The notes: generated by a model not told the origin, from the sequence alone. Shown: positions 40,186-49,842, counted from the first letter of the stretch. The stretch is 64,000 nucleotides of DNA from an uncultured Acidobacteriota bacterium (GCA_963700145.1 OY969474.1:2112001-2176000), one strand, 5' to 3'. Numbers and translations: made by a program.

Positions 40186-41360
40186 GGTCCGGTGTCTCCT
40201 ACCGCCGCCGGCACCGCCGGCTGGCCGAGCGCCTGCGCCAGCAGCGGCAGGCTGGAGCGCGCGCTCTCGACGAGCTGCCGGCGCACCGCCTCCCAGAGCT
40301 GCGCGGGGTCCTGGTTGTAGCGCAGCCGGGCGTCGCCGCGCTCGGCCGCCGGCAGGGCGAGGAAGCGGCCCATCAGCTCGCGCCCTTCGACCACCTTCCC
40401 CTGCCGGTCGAGCAGCGCGGCGAGCTGCAGGTAGATCGCGCCCTCGTTCGGGAAGCGCTCGAGCCCGGCGCGCAGCACCGACTCGGCGGCGGCGAGGTCC
40501 TTTTCGTCGGTGTGGACCCGCGCCAGCTCCTCGACGGCGAGGGCGCCGATCCAGCCCGGCATCCCGGTGAGCGGCCGCAGCGCCCGCACCGCATTGTCGC
40601 TCTGCCCGGTACGGTGGAGGTTGATGCCCAGGCGGAGGAGCGCCTGGGGCTGCATCGGATCGACGCCGAGGGCGCCGCGCAGGCTGCCGATCGCGCTCTC
40701 GTACTGGCCGCTCTTCTCGTAGATGACGGCCAGCCCCATGTACGCCGGGACGCTGCGCGGGTCGTAGCTCGTGGCGAGGGTGAACATCTGCCCGGCCAGG
40801 AGCTGCTGCGAGGCGTCGAGGAGGTAGCCGGCCAGGCTGTTGAGCAGCAGGGCGGCGGTCGCCCGCGCCCGGTCGTTGCCGGCGTGCCGCTCGTAGAGCA
40901 CCGCCAGGTCGCGCGCCATGCCGCGGGCGTGGGCGGTGAGCACCCTGTGGCGCCGCTCTCCCTGGTCGAGGTGGCGGCGATAGACCTCGTGGTGGAGGAC
41001 GGCCATCGGCACCAGCACCTCGAGGCTCGAGGCGGCCAGCTCTTGGACGACCTTCTCCTCCGCCTTGAGGAGGACCCTGCGGGCGTCGATGTCCCCCTCG
41101 CGCACGACCGCGGCCTCCACCGCCATGAGCCGCTGGGCGGCCGCGTCGTCCTGACCGCCGGCCCACAGCGCCAGGGCGCTGCGGTAGAAGTCCTGGATCC
41201 GGTCTTCGTTGAGCCGCTCGCCGGGGCGCAGCCCGAGCTCGGCGGCGCTCGTCTTGTCGGCGCGCGGGATGGAGTCCGCCGCCGCTCCCGGCACGGCAAC
41301 GGCCGCGGCGAGGACGAGGAGCGGCAGACCCCGCACCAACTTGGAGACGACCCCTGTCAC
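40182..41360 (-). CDS. Secreted TPR-repeat protein
   Basis: Signal peptide; AYMGLAVIYEKSGQYESAI, ALLRLG repeats. Confidence 0.78.
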   Translation of the reverse strand: MTGVVSKLVRGLPLLVLAAAVAVPGAAADSIPRADKTSAAELGLRPGERLNEDRIQDFYRSALALWAGGQDDAAAQRLMAVEAAVVREGDIDARRVLLKAEEKVVQELAASSLEVLVPMAVLHHEVYRRHLDQGERRHRVLTAHARGMARDLAVLYERHAGNDRARATAALLLNSLAGYLLDASQQLLAGQMFTLATSYDPRSVPAYMGLAVIYEKSGQYESAIGSLRGALGVDPMQPQALLRLGINLHRTGQSDNAVRALRPLTGMPGWIGALAVEELARVHTDEKDLAAAESVLRAGLERFPNEGAIYLQLAALLDRQGKVVEGRELMGRFLALPAAERGDARLRYNQDPAQLWEAVRRQLVESARSSLPLLAQALGQPAVPAAVGDTGP

Positions 41361-41435
41361 GGTCGCGCTAACTTAGCGCACCGCGCGCGCACGAGCAAGG
41401 CTTCGCTTGCGCAATTGCTTGGCACCGTATGCGCG

Positions 41436-42812
41436 CTACTCGCGCCCTCCCTTCGCCTTGCCGCGCGGCTTGGGCGTCACCTTCGGCGCCGGCGGCGTCG
41501 GCCCGCCCCCCTTGGAAGGGGCCAGCTTCGGCACGTCGAGCGACCAGAAGAGCATGTCGAGCGCCAGCGGCGAGAGCTGACCGGACGTCGCGGTCGAGGG
41601 CACGAACCCGGCAGTCGCCTCCGGCCCGAACATGAACGGGAAGAGATCGACCGGCGGGATGTCGCCGCCGAACTGCGCGTTGATCGCGTCGATGAAGAGG
41701 TTGGCGATGAAGGCGTAGCCGAACGGGGTCGGATGGACGCCGTCGTAGGAGAAAAAGCCGCCGGTCAGGAAGGCCGTGGTGTAGGTCACGCCGCCGATCG
41801 TGATCCCGCGTTGGGCGACCTGGGTGAACTCGGTGTTGATGTCCATGACCGCCGCGTTCACCTGGTTGGCCACGGTCTGGATGATGCCGTTGAGGGCCGC
41901 AGTGCGCGCCCGGATCGTCGCCACCTCGGCGGCGGAGAGCACCACCTCGTCGGGAAGCGGCGTTCCGCGGCCGCCGAGCGCGGCCGGGATGCCGATCCCC
42001 TGGCCGAGCAGGCCGGCGGCCGAGAGCAGCACGAAGTCCTGCCCCGGGGTCACGCCGACGAGCGGCACCAAGTTGCCGCCGATCCGCACCGGCACGTTGG
42101 TCCGCGGGTCGACCACGACCGGCGGGATCGTGGTGACGAAGGGGATCGAGGTGACGTCGGGGATGTTGCCGATCGCCATCCGCGCGCCGGCGGCGTTGAG
42201 CGAGGTGACGATCTGCCGGAAGTAGAGCTCGAAGCGGGGCACGGTGGTCAGGGTGACGTCGTCGATCACCCGGCCGGAGGTCGCCGCCCCCAGCACGTCG
42301 TTGTTGCCCACCCAGACGGTGACGAAGGTCGGCCGCAGCGCCAGCGCCTGCTGGAGCTGGGTCCCCTGGCCGCGCAGCACGAGGTCGTGCAGGCCGCCGG
42401 TGACCGTGGCCACCACGTCCTGGGCGTCGGCGCCCGGGACCCCGAGGTTGTTGTAGGGGCGCGGCAGGTTCAAGTTGAGCGGGTTGCCCGGCGTGTTCGA
42501 CTTGGGGGTGATGATGGTCGGGAAGAGGCCGCGCAGCGTCAGCAGCGGCGGGATGCCCGGCTGCGAGACGACCGGCTGCTCGAAGCCGGTGGCGGTGCCG
42601 CTCGCCTGCCGCCAGATGAGCGCCGGGTAGCTGTTGAGCTGGACGTCGCGCACCAGGCCGCTCGACATGAAGCCGGCGGTCAGGCTGTCGCCGATCGCCA
42701 CGTAGCGGCTGAAGTTGGCGCTGCCGGTGTTGACCTGCGCGGCGGCGGAAGCCGCGCCCGAGAGCAGGAGCAGGAGGGCCGAGACGGCCGCCTTGAGCGA
42801 GGGTCGGTGCAT
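41436..42812 (-). CDS. SGNH/GDSL lipase/hydrolase
   Basis: GDSL, NLGVPGA, GNNDVL, DGVHP. Confidence 0.9.
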   Translation of the reverse strand: MHRPSLKAAVSALLLLLSGAASAAAQVNTGSANFSRYVAIGDSLTAGFMSSGLVRDVQLNSYPALIWRQASGTATGFEQPVVSQPGIPPLLTLRGLFPTIITPKSNTPGNPLNLNLPRPYNNLGVPGADAQDVVATVTGGLHDLVLRGQGTQLQQALALRPTFVTVWVGNNDVLGAATSGRVIDDVTLTTVPRFELYFRQIVTSLNAAGARMAIGNIPDVTSIPFVTTIPPVVVDPRTNVPVRIGGNLVPLVGVTPGQDFVLLSAAGLLGQGIGIPAALGGRGTPLPDEVVLSAAEVATIRARTAALNGIIQTVANQVNAAVMDINTEFTQVAQRGITIGGVTYTTAFLTGGFFSYDGVHPTPFGYAFIANLFIDAINAQFGGDIPPVDLFPFMFGPEATAGFVPSTATSGQLSPLALDMLFWSLDVPKLAPSKGGGPTPPAPKVTPKPRGKAKGGRE

Positions 42813-42843
42813 GCCGCGTTCTCCTTGCATGGCCGCTGGCGGC

Positions 42844-44142
42844 CTACCAGTTGAGGGTGAAGGCCAGGAGGACGGCCTCGGTGTTGTAGGTGCCGAAGAA
42901 GTCGTTGCCCTCATCGGCGAAGCTCTCGTCGCGCTCGCGCTCGTCGAACTTGACGTACATCAGCGCCAGGTCCCAGGTGTGCTTGCCGGTGTGGCCCCAG
43001 CCGATGGTGAAGTCGTTGCGGTCGGCGTCGGGCAAGAGCGGCGAGATCGCCGCCTCCGGCTGCGGCGTCTCGTCGAAGATGTAGCCCAGCCGCAGCTGCG
43101 ACTTCGGCGAGATCGTCCAGCGGAAGCCGGCGCGGTAGTTGTAGACGTCCTCCCAGTGCTCTGGGATCGTGGCGTTCGGCAGGTCGCCGTCGGTGAAGGT
43201 GATCGGCACCTCCTCGAAGCTGCTCCAGCCGGTCCAGTTGACGTCGGTCTCGACGACGATGTTCGGCGACAGTGCGAAGGCGAGCCCGAGGCTCGCCATG
43301 TCGGGGAACTGGATCTCGGTGGCCACCGGCAGGTCGCGGCCGAAGGGGATGCGGGCGGCGATGATCGGATCGAGCGGCGTGCCGGTCAGGACCTGGGTGA
43401 CGCGCGCGTCGCCCTCGTAGTCGACGTCCACCTTGCTGCGGTAGGAGAGCCCCCAGGAGAAGCTGTTGTTGTACTTGTGCAGCACCCCGAAGTTCCAGCC
43501 GTACCCCTCGCTGGGGTCGGACTCCAGCTCCAGCCGGCCGACGTCCGAGACCCGCTGGGTGAAGGGGTTGATCGCCGGGACGCCGCGCTTGAGCTCGACG
43601 TCCGAGAGGCGGGCGACGGCGCCGAAGCCGACGCCGAAGTTGTCGCTCACCCGCCAGCCGAGCGTCGGGTTGAAGTCGAAGACGCGCAGTGCGGCCTTGG
43701 TGCTCAGGAAGCGGCCGGAGAACTCGTTGGGGTCCTTCCACTCGGTGATCAGGCCGAAGGGGTTGGTGACGCCGAGCCCCCAGGTCCAGCGGCTCCCCGC
43801 GGACACCGGGCGGCCGTAATAGAGATGGAGGAGCGGCTGGGAGAGGAGCTCCTGCTCGCCGCGGGCGTTGGGGCCCGGGAACGGGGCCGCGCCCTGGAAC
43901 TCGGCCTCGGTGCCCTGGAACCAGGTGATCCCGCCCATCCAGTCGGCCTTCTCGACGAAGGCGAGGCCGCCGGCGTTGTGGAACATCGCCGAGAGGTCGT
44001 CGGCCTGCGCCGTGAAGGCGCCGCCCATGCCCATCGCCTTGGTCCCCTGCTCGAAAATCGCGAACCCGGCCGCCTGGCCGGGCGCCGCGGCGGCCAGCCA
44101 GAGAGCGGCCACGGCCAGCCCCTTCAAGAACGCACCTCGCAT
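42844..44142 (-). CDS. FadL/OmpP1/TodX outer-membrane transporter
   Basis: AGFAIFEQG, AMGMGGA, FHNAGGL, PFGL, LPD; terminal aromatic residue. Confidence 0.9.
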   Translation of the reverse strand: MRGAFLKGLAVAALWLAAAAPGQAAGFAIFEQGTKAMGMGGAFTAQADDLSAMFHNAGGLAFVEKADWMGGITWFQGTEAEFQGAAPFPGPNARGEQELLSQPLLHLYYGRPVSAGSRWTWGLGVTNPFGLITEWKDPNEFSGRFLSTKAALRVFDFNPTLGWRVSDNFGVGFGAVARLSDVELKRGVPAINPFTQRVSDVGRLELESDPSEGYGWNFGVLHKYNNSFSWGLSYRSKVDVDYEGDARVTQVLTGTPLDPIIAARIPFGRDLPVATEIQFPDMASLGLAFALSPNIVVETDVNWTGWSSFEEVPITFTDGDLPNATIPEHWEDVYNYRAGFRWTISPKSQLRLGYIFDETPQPEAAISPLLPDADRNDFTIGWGHTGKHTWDLALMYVKFDERERDESFADEGNDFFGTYNTEAVLLAFTLNW

Positions 44143-44268
44143 GCTCGATCTCCTCTCGGGATCCCGGCGGTCAAGAGAACGCGGGCACACTAACCCGCAC
44201 CCTGGGGGGTGTCAACGCGAAGCTGGCGGTCGCGGCGGGAGTAGAGTAAGGACGGAGGAGCGACGGCG

Positions 44269-44769
44269 ATGCGTTTCGAGCACGAGGTCCAGGAGCAGAC
44301 GTTCTACCGCGTGGAGGAGTACCTGCGCGAGCTGTTCGACGAGCCGTACCACGAGCCGGAGACCGATCACTTCTACGTCCGCTACGGCACCACGGTGCTG
44401 GAGATCTCGGTCGAGCCGTACGGGCCGGAGGAGGCGGTGGTGACGGTGATGTCTTACTGCGTGCAGGACGTGGAGGTGAGCGAGGAGCTCCTGCTCGGTC
44501 TGCTCGAGCTCAACCACACGCTCCTCTTCGGCTCGTTCTCGCTGGTCGGCAGCGACATCTTCTTGGCCTACTCGCTCTTCGGCCACTCGCTGCAGCGCCG
44601 CAACCTGCTCGGCGCGATCGCCGCCGTGGCTACGTTGGCCGACGACTACGACGACCGCATCGTCGAAAAGTACGGCGGCCAGACGGCGCTCGAGAAGATC
44701 CAAGACACCGGCGGGCGGCGGCGGCGGACCGAGACCGGGGCGGAGACGGGGACCGAGGTCGAGGCCTAA
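44269..44769 (+). CDS. YbjN/T3SS-chaperone-fold protein
   Basis: YG.T, LLELN...FGSF, LADDYDD. Confidence 0.7.
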   Translation: MRFEHEVQEQTFYRVEEYLRELFDEPYHEPETDHFYVRYGTTVLEISVEPYGPEEAVVTVMSYCVQDVEVSEELLLGLLELNHTLLFGSFSLVGSDIFLAYSLFGHSLQRRNLLGAIAAVATLADDYDDRIVEKYGGQTALEKIQDTGGRRRRTETGAETGTEVEA

Positions 44770-44784
44770 TTCCCCGGGTCTCCT

Positions 44785-45445
44785 CCGCGCGGGGCGGATA
44801 GTGCCGCGTGAGATGCCGGGCCACCCGGCCCGCGAAAGAGTCGCGCCGCTTCGCGGTTCCCGGTCAGAAGGGGTGGCGGCCGCAGAGCCAGGTCGGCTCC
44901 GTTCGCGGACGTCGGTGGTGACTTCACCCGAACGCGACGCTTTCGCGGACCTCTGGCCCGGCACATCACGCGGCGCCATGACTCGGGGCTCTGAAGTGAC
45001 GTCCAGCAAAAAAAGGGGCAACCCCCTCCTTGTCATCCCGAGCGAGAGCGAGGGATCTGGGCGGGGGGCGGCGCGATGCCGGTGAGTCTTCGCGCCACCC
45101 CTACCCCCAGATCCCTCGCTCACGCTCGGGATGACATGGGCCACCATCTGAGCAGGGGCTCCACCACCGGTTCTAGGGCCCGCAGGTCTCTGGAGCGCCG
45201 GGCGCTCCGTCCGCTCCCCCTCGCAAGCCACCGTGCGAGGCGCCGGAGCCATCGCCGTGTTTGCCGGCAACACCTCCTGTACCAGCACGCGCAGCGCGGA
45301 CACAAAGGAGCGCCCGGCGCGGAGGAGAGCCTGCGGGCCCCCACACCGGAACGGCCGCAGCGCGCTTTTCCAGGCTTTATCAGTGCCGCACGCGCTCGCG
45401 CGCCGCTTCTTCCATCGCGCGGTCCAGCACGCGCCGGTGCTCCTC
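44785..45445 (-). repeat. ~660-bp inverted repeat, copy 1 (of 49185-49842)
   Basis: Reverse complement matches the smpB 3' end plus downstream region with scattered substitutions. Confidence 0.93.
45031..45136. repeat. REP-like inverted pair
   Basis: TGTCATCCCGAGCGAGAGCGAGGGATCTGGG...CCCAGATCCCTCGCTCACGCTCGGGATGACA. Confidence 0.85.
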
Positions 45446-45609
45446 TAGAGCCTCCTCGATGAGCCAGTCGAGCTTGCCGGCCGCGGAATCGGCCTCGATC
45501 TGCCGGTCCCAGCGCGCGTGCTCGTACTCGATGAACCAGCGCGCAGCTCGGCGAACGACGCGTCGTCCAGCTCCTCGATCTGCTTCTCGATCGGTGCGAC
45601 CTTGCTCAT
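45380..45609 (-). pseudogene. Frameshifted antitoxin-like gene fused to an smpB-like tail
   Basis: MSKVAPIEKQIEEL...ELR / WFIEYEHARWDRQIEADSAAGKLDWLIEEALEEH + RRVLDRAMEEAARERVRH*. Confidence 0.6.
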
Positions 45610-45678
45610 GCTGTCGATCCTATGGCAGCGGGTTGGACAAGAAAGCAGCATAAGATAGACAAGTTAGGAGAGGCGCTC

Positions 45679-45969
45679 GTGAACTGGAAGATCGGTGAAG
45701 CCAAGCAACGGTTTTCGGAGGTCGTGCGGGCGGCCGAGGACGAGCCGCAGCGGATCTACCACCGGGAGCGCCTGGTCGCAGCTGTCGTGGACGCAGAGAC
45801 GCTGGAGGACTATCTCGCCTGGTGCGAGCGCCGCGGTCGCCGGACGCTGGCGGACACCTTCGCCGAGCTGCGCGACCTCTTGCACGATGAGCCGGACGGT
45901 CTGACAGTCCCCGAGCGCGAGGATCGCGAGAACGCGTTCGCCGAGGTCCTCGACCGTGTACCTGGTTGA
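45679..45969 (+). CDS. Phd/YefM antitoxin
   Basis: WKIGEAKQRFSEVV...PQRI...VAAVV. Confidence 0.88.
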   Translation: MNWKIGEAKQRFSEVVRAAEDEPQRIYHRERLVAAVVDAETLEDYLAWCERRGRRTLADTFAELRDLLHDEPDGLTVPEREDRENAFAEVLDRVPG

Positions 45970-46351
45970 CACCAACATCCTCTCGGAGCTGGCGCGCCCG
46001 GAACCCGATCCAGGCGTCCTGGCCTGGGCCAGTGAGATCTCGCGCGTGGCGGTGAGCGTGGTCACCGCGGAGGAGCTCTATTTCGGCCTGGCTTGGAAGC
46101 CGCGGCCGAAAGTGCGTGCCTGGGTCGAGGCGTTCCTCGACGAGCACTGCGACCTCTTACCCATCACTCCCGAGATCGCGCGAGGTGCCGGTGAGCTCCG
46201 CGGCCGACTACGCGCCCAAGGTGTGAACCGCTCTCAAGCCGACATGCTGATCGCCGCCACCGCGCAGGCGCACGACTTGATCCTCGTCACCCACAACGTC
46301 CGCGACTTCGAAGGCTGCCCGGTCAGGCTCCTAGACCCCATGCAGCGGTAG
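45956..46351 (+). CDS. VapC PIN-domain toxin
   Basis: YLVDTNILSE, EEL, ADMLIAATA, VTHNVRDF. Confidence 0.92.
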   Translation: MYLVDTNILSELARPEPDPGVLAWASEISRVAVSVVTAEELYFGLAWKPRPKVRAWVEAFLDEHCDLLPITPEIARGAGELRGRLRAQGVNRSQADMLIAATAQAHDLILVTHNVRDFEGCPVRLLDPMQR

Positions 46352-48166
46352 CTCGATCGTGAACACCGCCCCCCGCGGCTGGTTGTCTTCCACCCGGATC
46401 GTCCCCTGGTGGTCAGTGACGATGCGGTGGACGATCGAGAGGCCCAGGCCGGTGCCGCGGCCTTTGGTGGAGTAGTAGGGGAGGAAGAGTTTCTCCTTCG
46501 CCTCGGGAGGGATGCCGGGGCCGGTGTCGGCGACGCGGATCTCGAGGTGGCCGTCGGCGGCGGCGGCGCGCAGCTCGACGCGCCCGGGGGGCGGCGTCGC
46601 CTCGACGGCGTTGTCGAGGAGATTGATGAGGGCGCGCTTGATCTGCTCGGGGTCGAGCCAGACCTCGCCGAGCTCCGGCGCCACCGCGCCTTCGACCGCC
46701 ACGCCGGGCTTGACGCCGCGGTAGAGGTGGAGCGTCTCGTCGACCAGCTTCCCCAAATCCACCCGCACCGGCCGCGGCCGCGGCATCCGCGCGTAGCGCG
46801 AGAACTCGTCGACCATCGCCTGCATCGCCCCGACCTCGCGGACGATGACCTCCACCCCCTCCTCGATCGCCGCGCCGAGCCCCGGGTCCGCCGCGCGCTG
46901 CTTCCGGAGCACGCGCTCGGCGGCCAGCCGGATCGGCGTCAGCGGGTTCTTGATCTCGTGCGCCAGGCGCCGCGCCGCCTCGTTCCAGGCGGCGAGCTGC
47001 CGCGCTTCGAGCAGCTCCTCGGTCCGCCGCTCGAGCAGCGCCCGGCTGGCCTCGAGCTCCGCGGTCATGCGGTTGAACGAAGAGACGAGCACCCCCAGCT
47101 CGTCGTCGGCCTCGACGTCGACGCGGTGGGAGAGCTCGCCGCCGCTGATCCGCCGGGTGCCTTCGGCGAGCGCCAGGATCGGCACCGTCACCCGCCGTGC
47201 CAGGTAGAGCCCGACCCAGGAGGAGGCGAGGAGGATGAGCAGCGTCATCATGAGAAAGATCAGGAAGTGGCTGGCGCGCAGGTCGTCCTTCTGCACTTCG
47301 AGCTGGCGGAAGCTCTGCTCGCCCTGCATCAGCGCCTCGGCGCGGCCGGCGAGCGCCGGCTCGAGGACGTCCCCGGCCACCACCACCGTCGTCAGCTCCA
47401 GCCGCTCCCCCGGCTCGGCGGCGGCGGCGAGGAGGAGGCGCCCGCGCCCGCCCGGCGGCGCCTGCCGCCGCAGCGCCCGCCCCTCCCGCACCGCCTCCTC
47501 CAGCAGGTCGCGGCCGGGCTCCGGCAGGTCGGGGAGACCGGCGCGCGGATCGACCACCGCCTGCACGAACTCGGTCCCCTCGTAGACGGCGAGGAGGTCC
47601 ACGCCGTGCTCCGCCACGAGCGCCCGCAGCCGGCGCGCCAGCGCGGTGCGCTCCGCCGGGCTCTCGAGGTCCAGCTCCGCGACCTCGGCGAGCACCCGCC
47701 CGGCGGCGCGCAGGCTGTCCTCCTCGACGCGGCGGTAGAGCGCCTGCGCCACGGCGCTCCCTTGCTCGAGCACCGGCCGGGCCGGGGCGTTGAACCAGCG
47801 ATCGATGGAGCCCTGGAGGAGCTCGGCGGCGAGGAGGAAGAGCAGCAGCACCGGGATCAGCGACAGGCCGATGTAGGAGGCCACGAGCTTGGTCTTGAAC
47901 TTCGAGCCCAGGACGCGGTGCCGCCGCTCGACCGCCAGCTTGAAGAGGTTGCGCAGCAGGACGAAGAGGACGGTGAGGATGAGGACGACGTTGGCGTACC
48001 AGAGGACGAAGAGGAGGAGGCGGTTGGCGACCAAGACCGCCGGCAGGTCGCGCCCGCGCTGGAGGAGATAGAAGGCCGCCGCCAGGACGAGCAGGAGCAG
48101 GGCCAGCCCGCCGACGATCAGGCGGGTGTCCTTGCGGTGGCGGAGGAGGCGGTCGCGGAGGTCCAT
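46331..48166 (-). CDS. NtrY-like sensor histidine kinase (HAMP, no PAS)
   Basis: Three N-terminal TM helices, SIDRWF, HAMP, AWNEAARRLAHEIKNPLTPI, DTGPG, GTGLGL. Confidence 0.9.
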   Translation of the reverse strand: MDLRDRLLRHRKDTRLIVGGLALLLLVLAAAFYLLQRGRDLPAVLVANRLLLFVLWYANVVLILTVLFVLLRNLFKLAVERRHRVLGSKFKTKLVASYIGLSLIPVLLLFLLAAELLQGSIDRWFNAPARPVLEQGSAVAQALYRRVEEDSLRAAGRVLAEVAELDLESPAERTALARRLRALVAEHGVDLLAVYEGTEFVQAVVDPRAGLPDLPEPGRDLLEEAVREGRALRRQAPPGGRGRLLLAAAAEPGERLELTTVVVAGDVLEPALAGRAEALMQGEQSFRQLEVQKDDLRASHFLIFLMMTLLILLASSWVGLYLARRVTVPILALAEGTRRISGGELSHRVDVEADDELGVLVSSFNRMTAELEASRALLERRTEELLEARQLAAWNEAARRLAHEIKNPLTPIRLAAERVLRKQRAADPGLGAAIEEGVEVIVREVGAMQAMVDEFSRYARMPRPRPVRVDLGKLVDETLHLYRGVKPGVAVEGAVAPELGEVWLDPEQIKRALINLLDNAVEATPPPGRVELRAAAADGHLEIRVADTGPGIPPEAKEKLFLPYYSTKGRGTGLGLSIVHRIVTDHQGTIRVEDNQPRGAVFTIELPLHGV

Positions 48167-48175
48167 CGCCGCGGC

Positions 48176-48727
48176 TCAGGGGCTCGGCGCCGGCGCCGCC
48201 GGGTGGAACTTGCGCGACTCCGCCCAGGCGGTCGCCACGCGCGCCGGGAGGAGCCCGAGGACCATCCGCGTCCCGAACTCGGCGCGCGCCCGCACCAGCA
48301 GGCGCTGGCGGCGCGGCAGGCCCTCGAGGCTGAAGACGGGCACCCGCTCGAGGCGGGTCATCGCCCGCTCGATCGCCGGCCGCTCGCGCACCGTGCGCGT
48401 GTCGATCAGCTTGCCGTCGAGGCGGTAGTTGACGGTCGTCTCCTGGGTCACCGCGTCGTGCACCGCCGCCACCTCCAGCGTGTTCTCGGCGACGCCGCGG
48501 TCGAACCAGCGCTTGCGGTCGCGCAGTAGCTCGAAGCGGTAGACGATCTCGGTCGGCAAGCCACTCTGGAGGCGGGCGAGGAGGGCACCGTCGAAGGCGT
48601 TGCGCAGCACCAGCGAGACGAGGGCCCGCTCGCCGTCCACCGCCACCTGCAGGTTCGAGACGCTCGCCTCCGGCCCGCCCTCGGCCAGGAGCAGGAGGAG
48701 CCAGAGAAGCGCCGCGCCGCGAGTCAT
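48176..48727 (-). CDS. DUF4390-like exported protein
   Basis: Signal peptide; AF...L.SG.P..I.Y.FEL.R.R..WFD; upstream of the NtrY-like kinase. Confidence 0.7.
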   Translation of the reverse strand: MTRGAALLWLLLLLAEGGPEASVSNLQVAVDGERALVSLVLRNAFDGALLARLQSGLPTEIVYRFELLRDRKRWFDRGVAENTLEVAAVHDAVTQETTVNYRLDGKLIDTRTVRERPAIERAMTRLERVPVFSLEGLPRRQRLLVRARAEFGTRMVLGLLPARVATAWAESRKFHPAAPAPSP

Positions 48728-48769
48728 CCCTGGCCGGAGTGTAGCGCGCGGGCGGTTACACTTGCCGGT

Positions 48770-49246
48770 ATGGCGAAGCCCGGCAAGGAGGGGGTGCGCA
48801 GCCTGGCGCAGAACCGCCGCGCGCTCCACGACTACCACGTCCTCGAGCGGCTGGAGGCGGGGATCGCGCTCACCGGCACCGAGGTCAAGGCGGCGCGCGC
48901 CGGCAAGGTGCAGCTCAAGGACAGCTACGTCGCCTTCGACGGCGACCAGGCCTGGCTGATCGGCGCGCACATCAGCCCCTACAGCCACGGCAACCGGCAG
49001 AACCACGACCCCGAGCGCAAGCGCCGGCTGCTGCTCAAGCGGCGCGAGATCGAGCGTCTGTTTGGCCGGACGCAGATCAAGGGGCAGACAGTCATCCCGC
49101 TCGCCGTCTACCTCAAAGGCAACTGGATCAAGCTGGAGCTGGGGCTAGCCCAGGGCAAGAAGCTTTATGACAAGCGCGAGGCCGAGAAGCGGCGGGTGTT
49201 GGACCGTGAGATGGAAGAGGCGGTGCGGGAGCGGGCGCGGCGCTGA
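48770..49246 (+). CDS. smpB: SsrA-binding protein SmpB
   Basis: NRRALHDY, EAGIALTGTEVK, HISPY, GKKLYDKRE. Confidence 0.97.
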   Translation: MAKPGKEGVRSLAQNRRALHDYHVLERLEAGIALTGTEVKAARAGKVQLKDSYVAFDGDQAWLIGAHISPYSHGNRQNHDPERKRRLLLKRREIERLFGRTQIKGQTVIPLAVYLKGNWIKLELGLAQGKKLYDKREAEKRRVLDREMEEAVRERARR

Positions 49247-49842
49247 TAAGCCTGAAAAGCAGCTTGCTGCGGCCGTTCCGGTGTGGGGTCCCGCAGGCTC
49301 TCCTCCGCGCCGGACGCTCCTTTGTGTCCGCGCTGCGCGTGCTGGTACAGGAAGTGTTGCCGGCAAACACGGGGGTGGCTCCGGCGCCTCGCACTGTGGC
49401 CTGCTGAGGTGAGCAGACGGAGCGCCCGGCGCTCCAGAGACCTGCGGGCCCTAGAACCGGTGGTGGAGCCCCTGCTCAGATGGTGGCCCCTGTCATCCCG
49501 AGCGTGAGCGAGGGATCTGGGGGTAGGGGTGGCGCGAAGACTCACCGGCATCGCGCCGCCCCCCGCCCAGATCCCTCGCTCCCGCTCGGGATGACAAGGA
49601 GGGGGTTGCCCCTTTTTTTGCTGGACGTCACTTCAGAGTTCCGAGTCATGGCGCCGCGTGATGTGCCGGGCCAGAGGCCTGCGAAAGCGTCGCGTTCGGG
49701 TGAAGTCACCACCGCCGTCCGCGAACGGAGCCGACCTGGCTCTGCGGCCTCTACCGGCCCTGACCGGGAACCGCGAAGCGGCGCGACTCTTTCGCGGGCC
49801 GGGTGGCCCGGCATCTCACGCGGCACTATCCGCCCCGCGCGG
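49185..49842 (+). repeat. ~660-bp inverted repeat, copy 2
   Basis: See 44785-45445; contains a REP pair at 49491-49596 and two long-range hairpin modules. Confidence 0.93.

Noticed and set aside
41420-41434. Sigma-54-like TGGCACCGTATGCGC
   Set aside because: Poor -12 element, and it points antisense into the end of a convergent gene.
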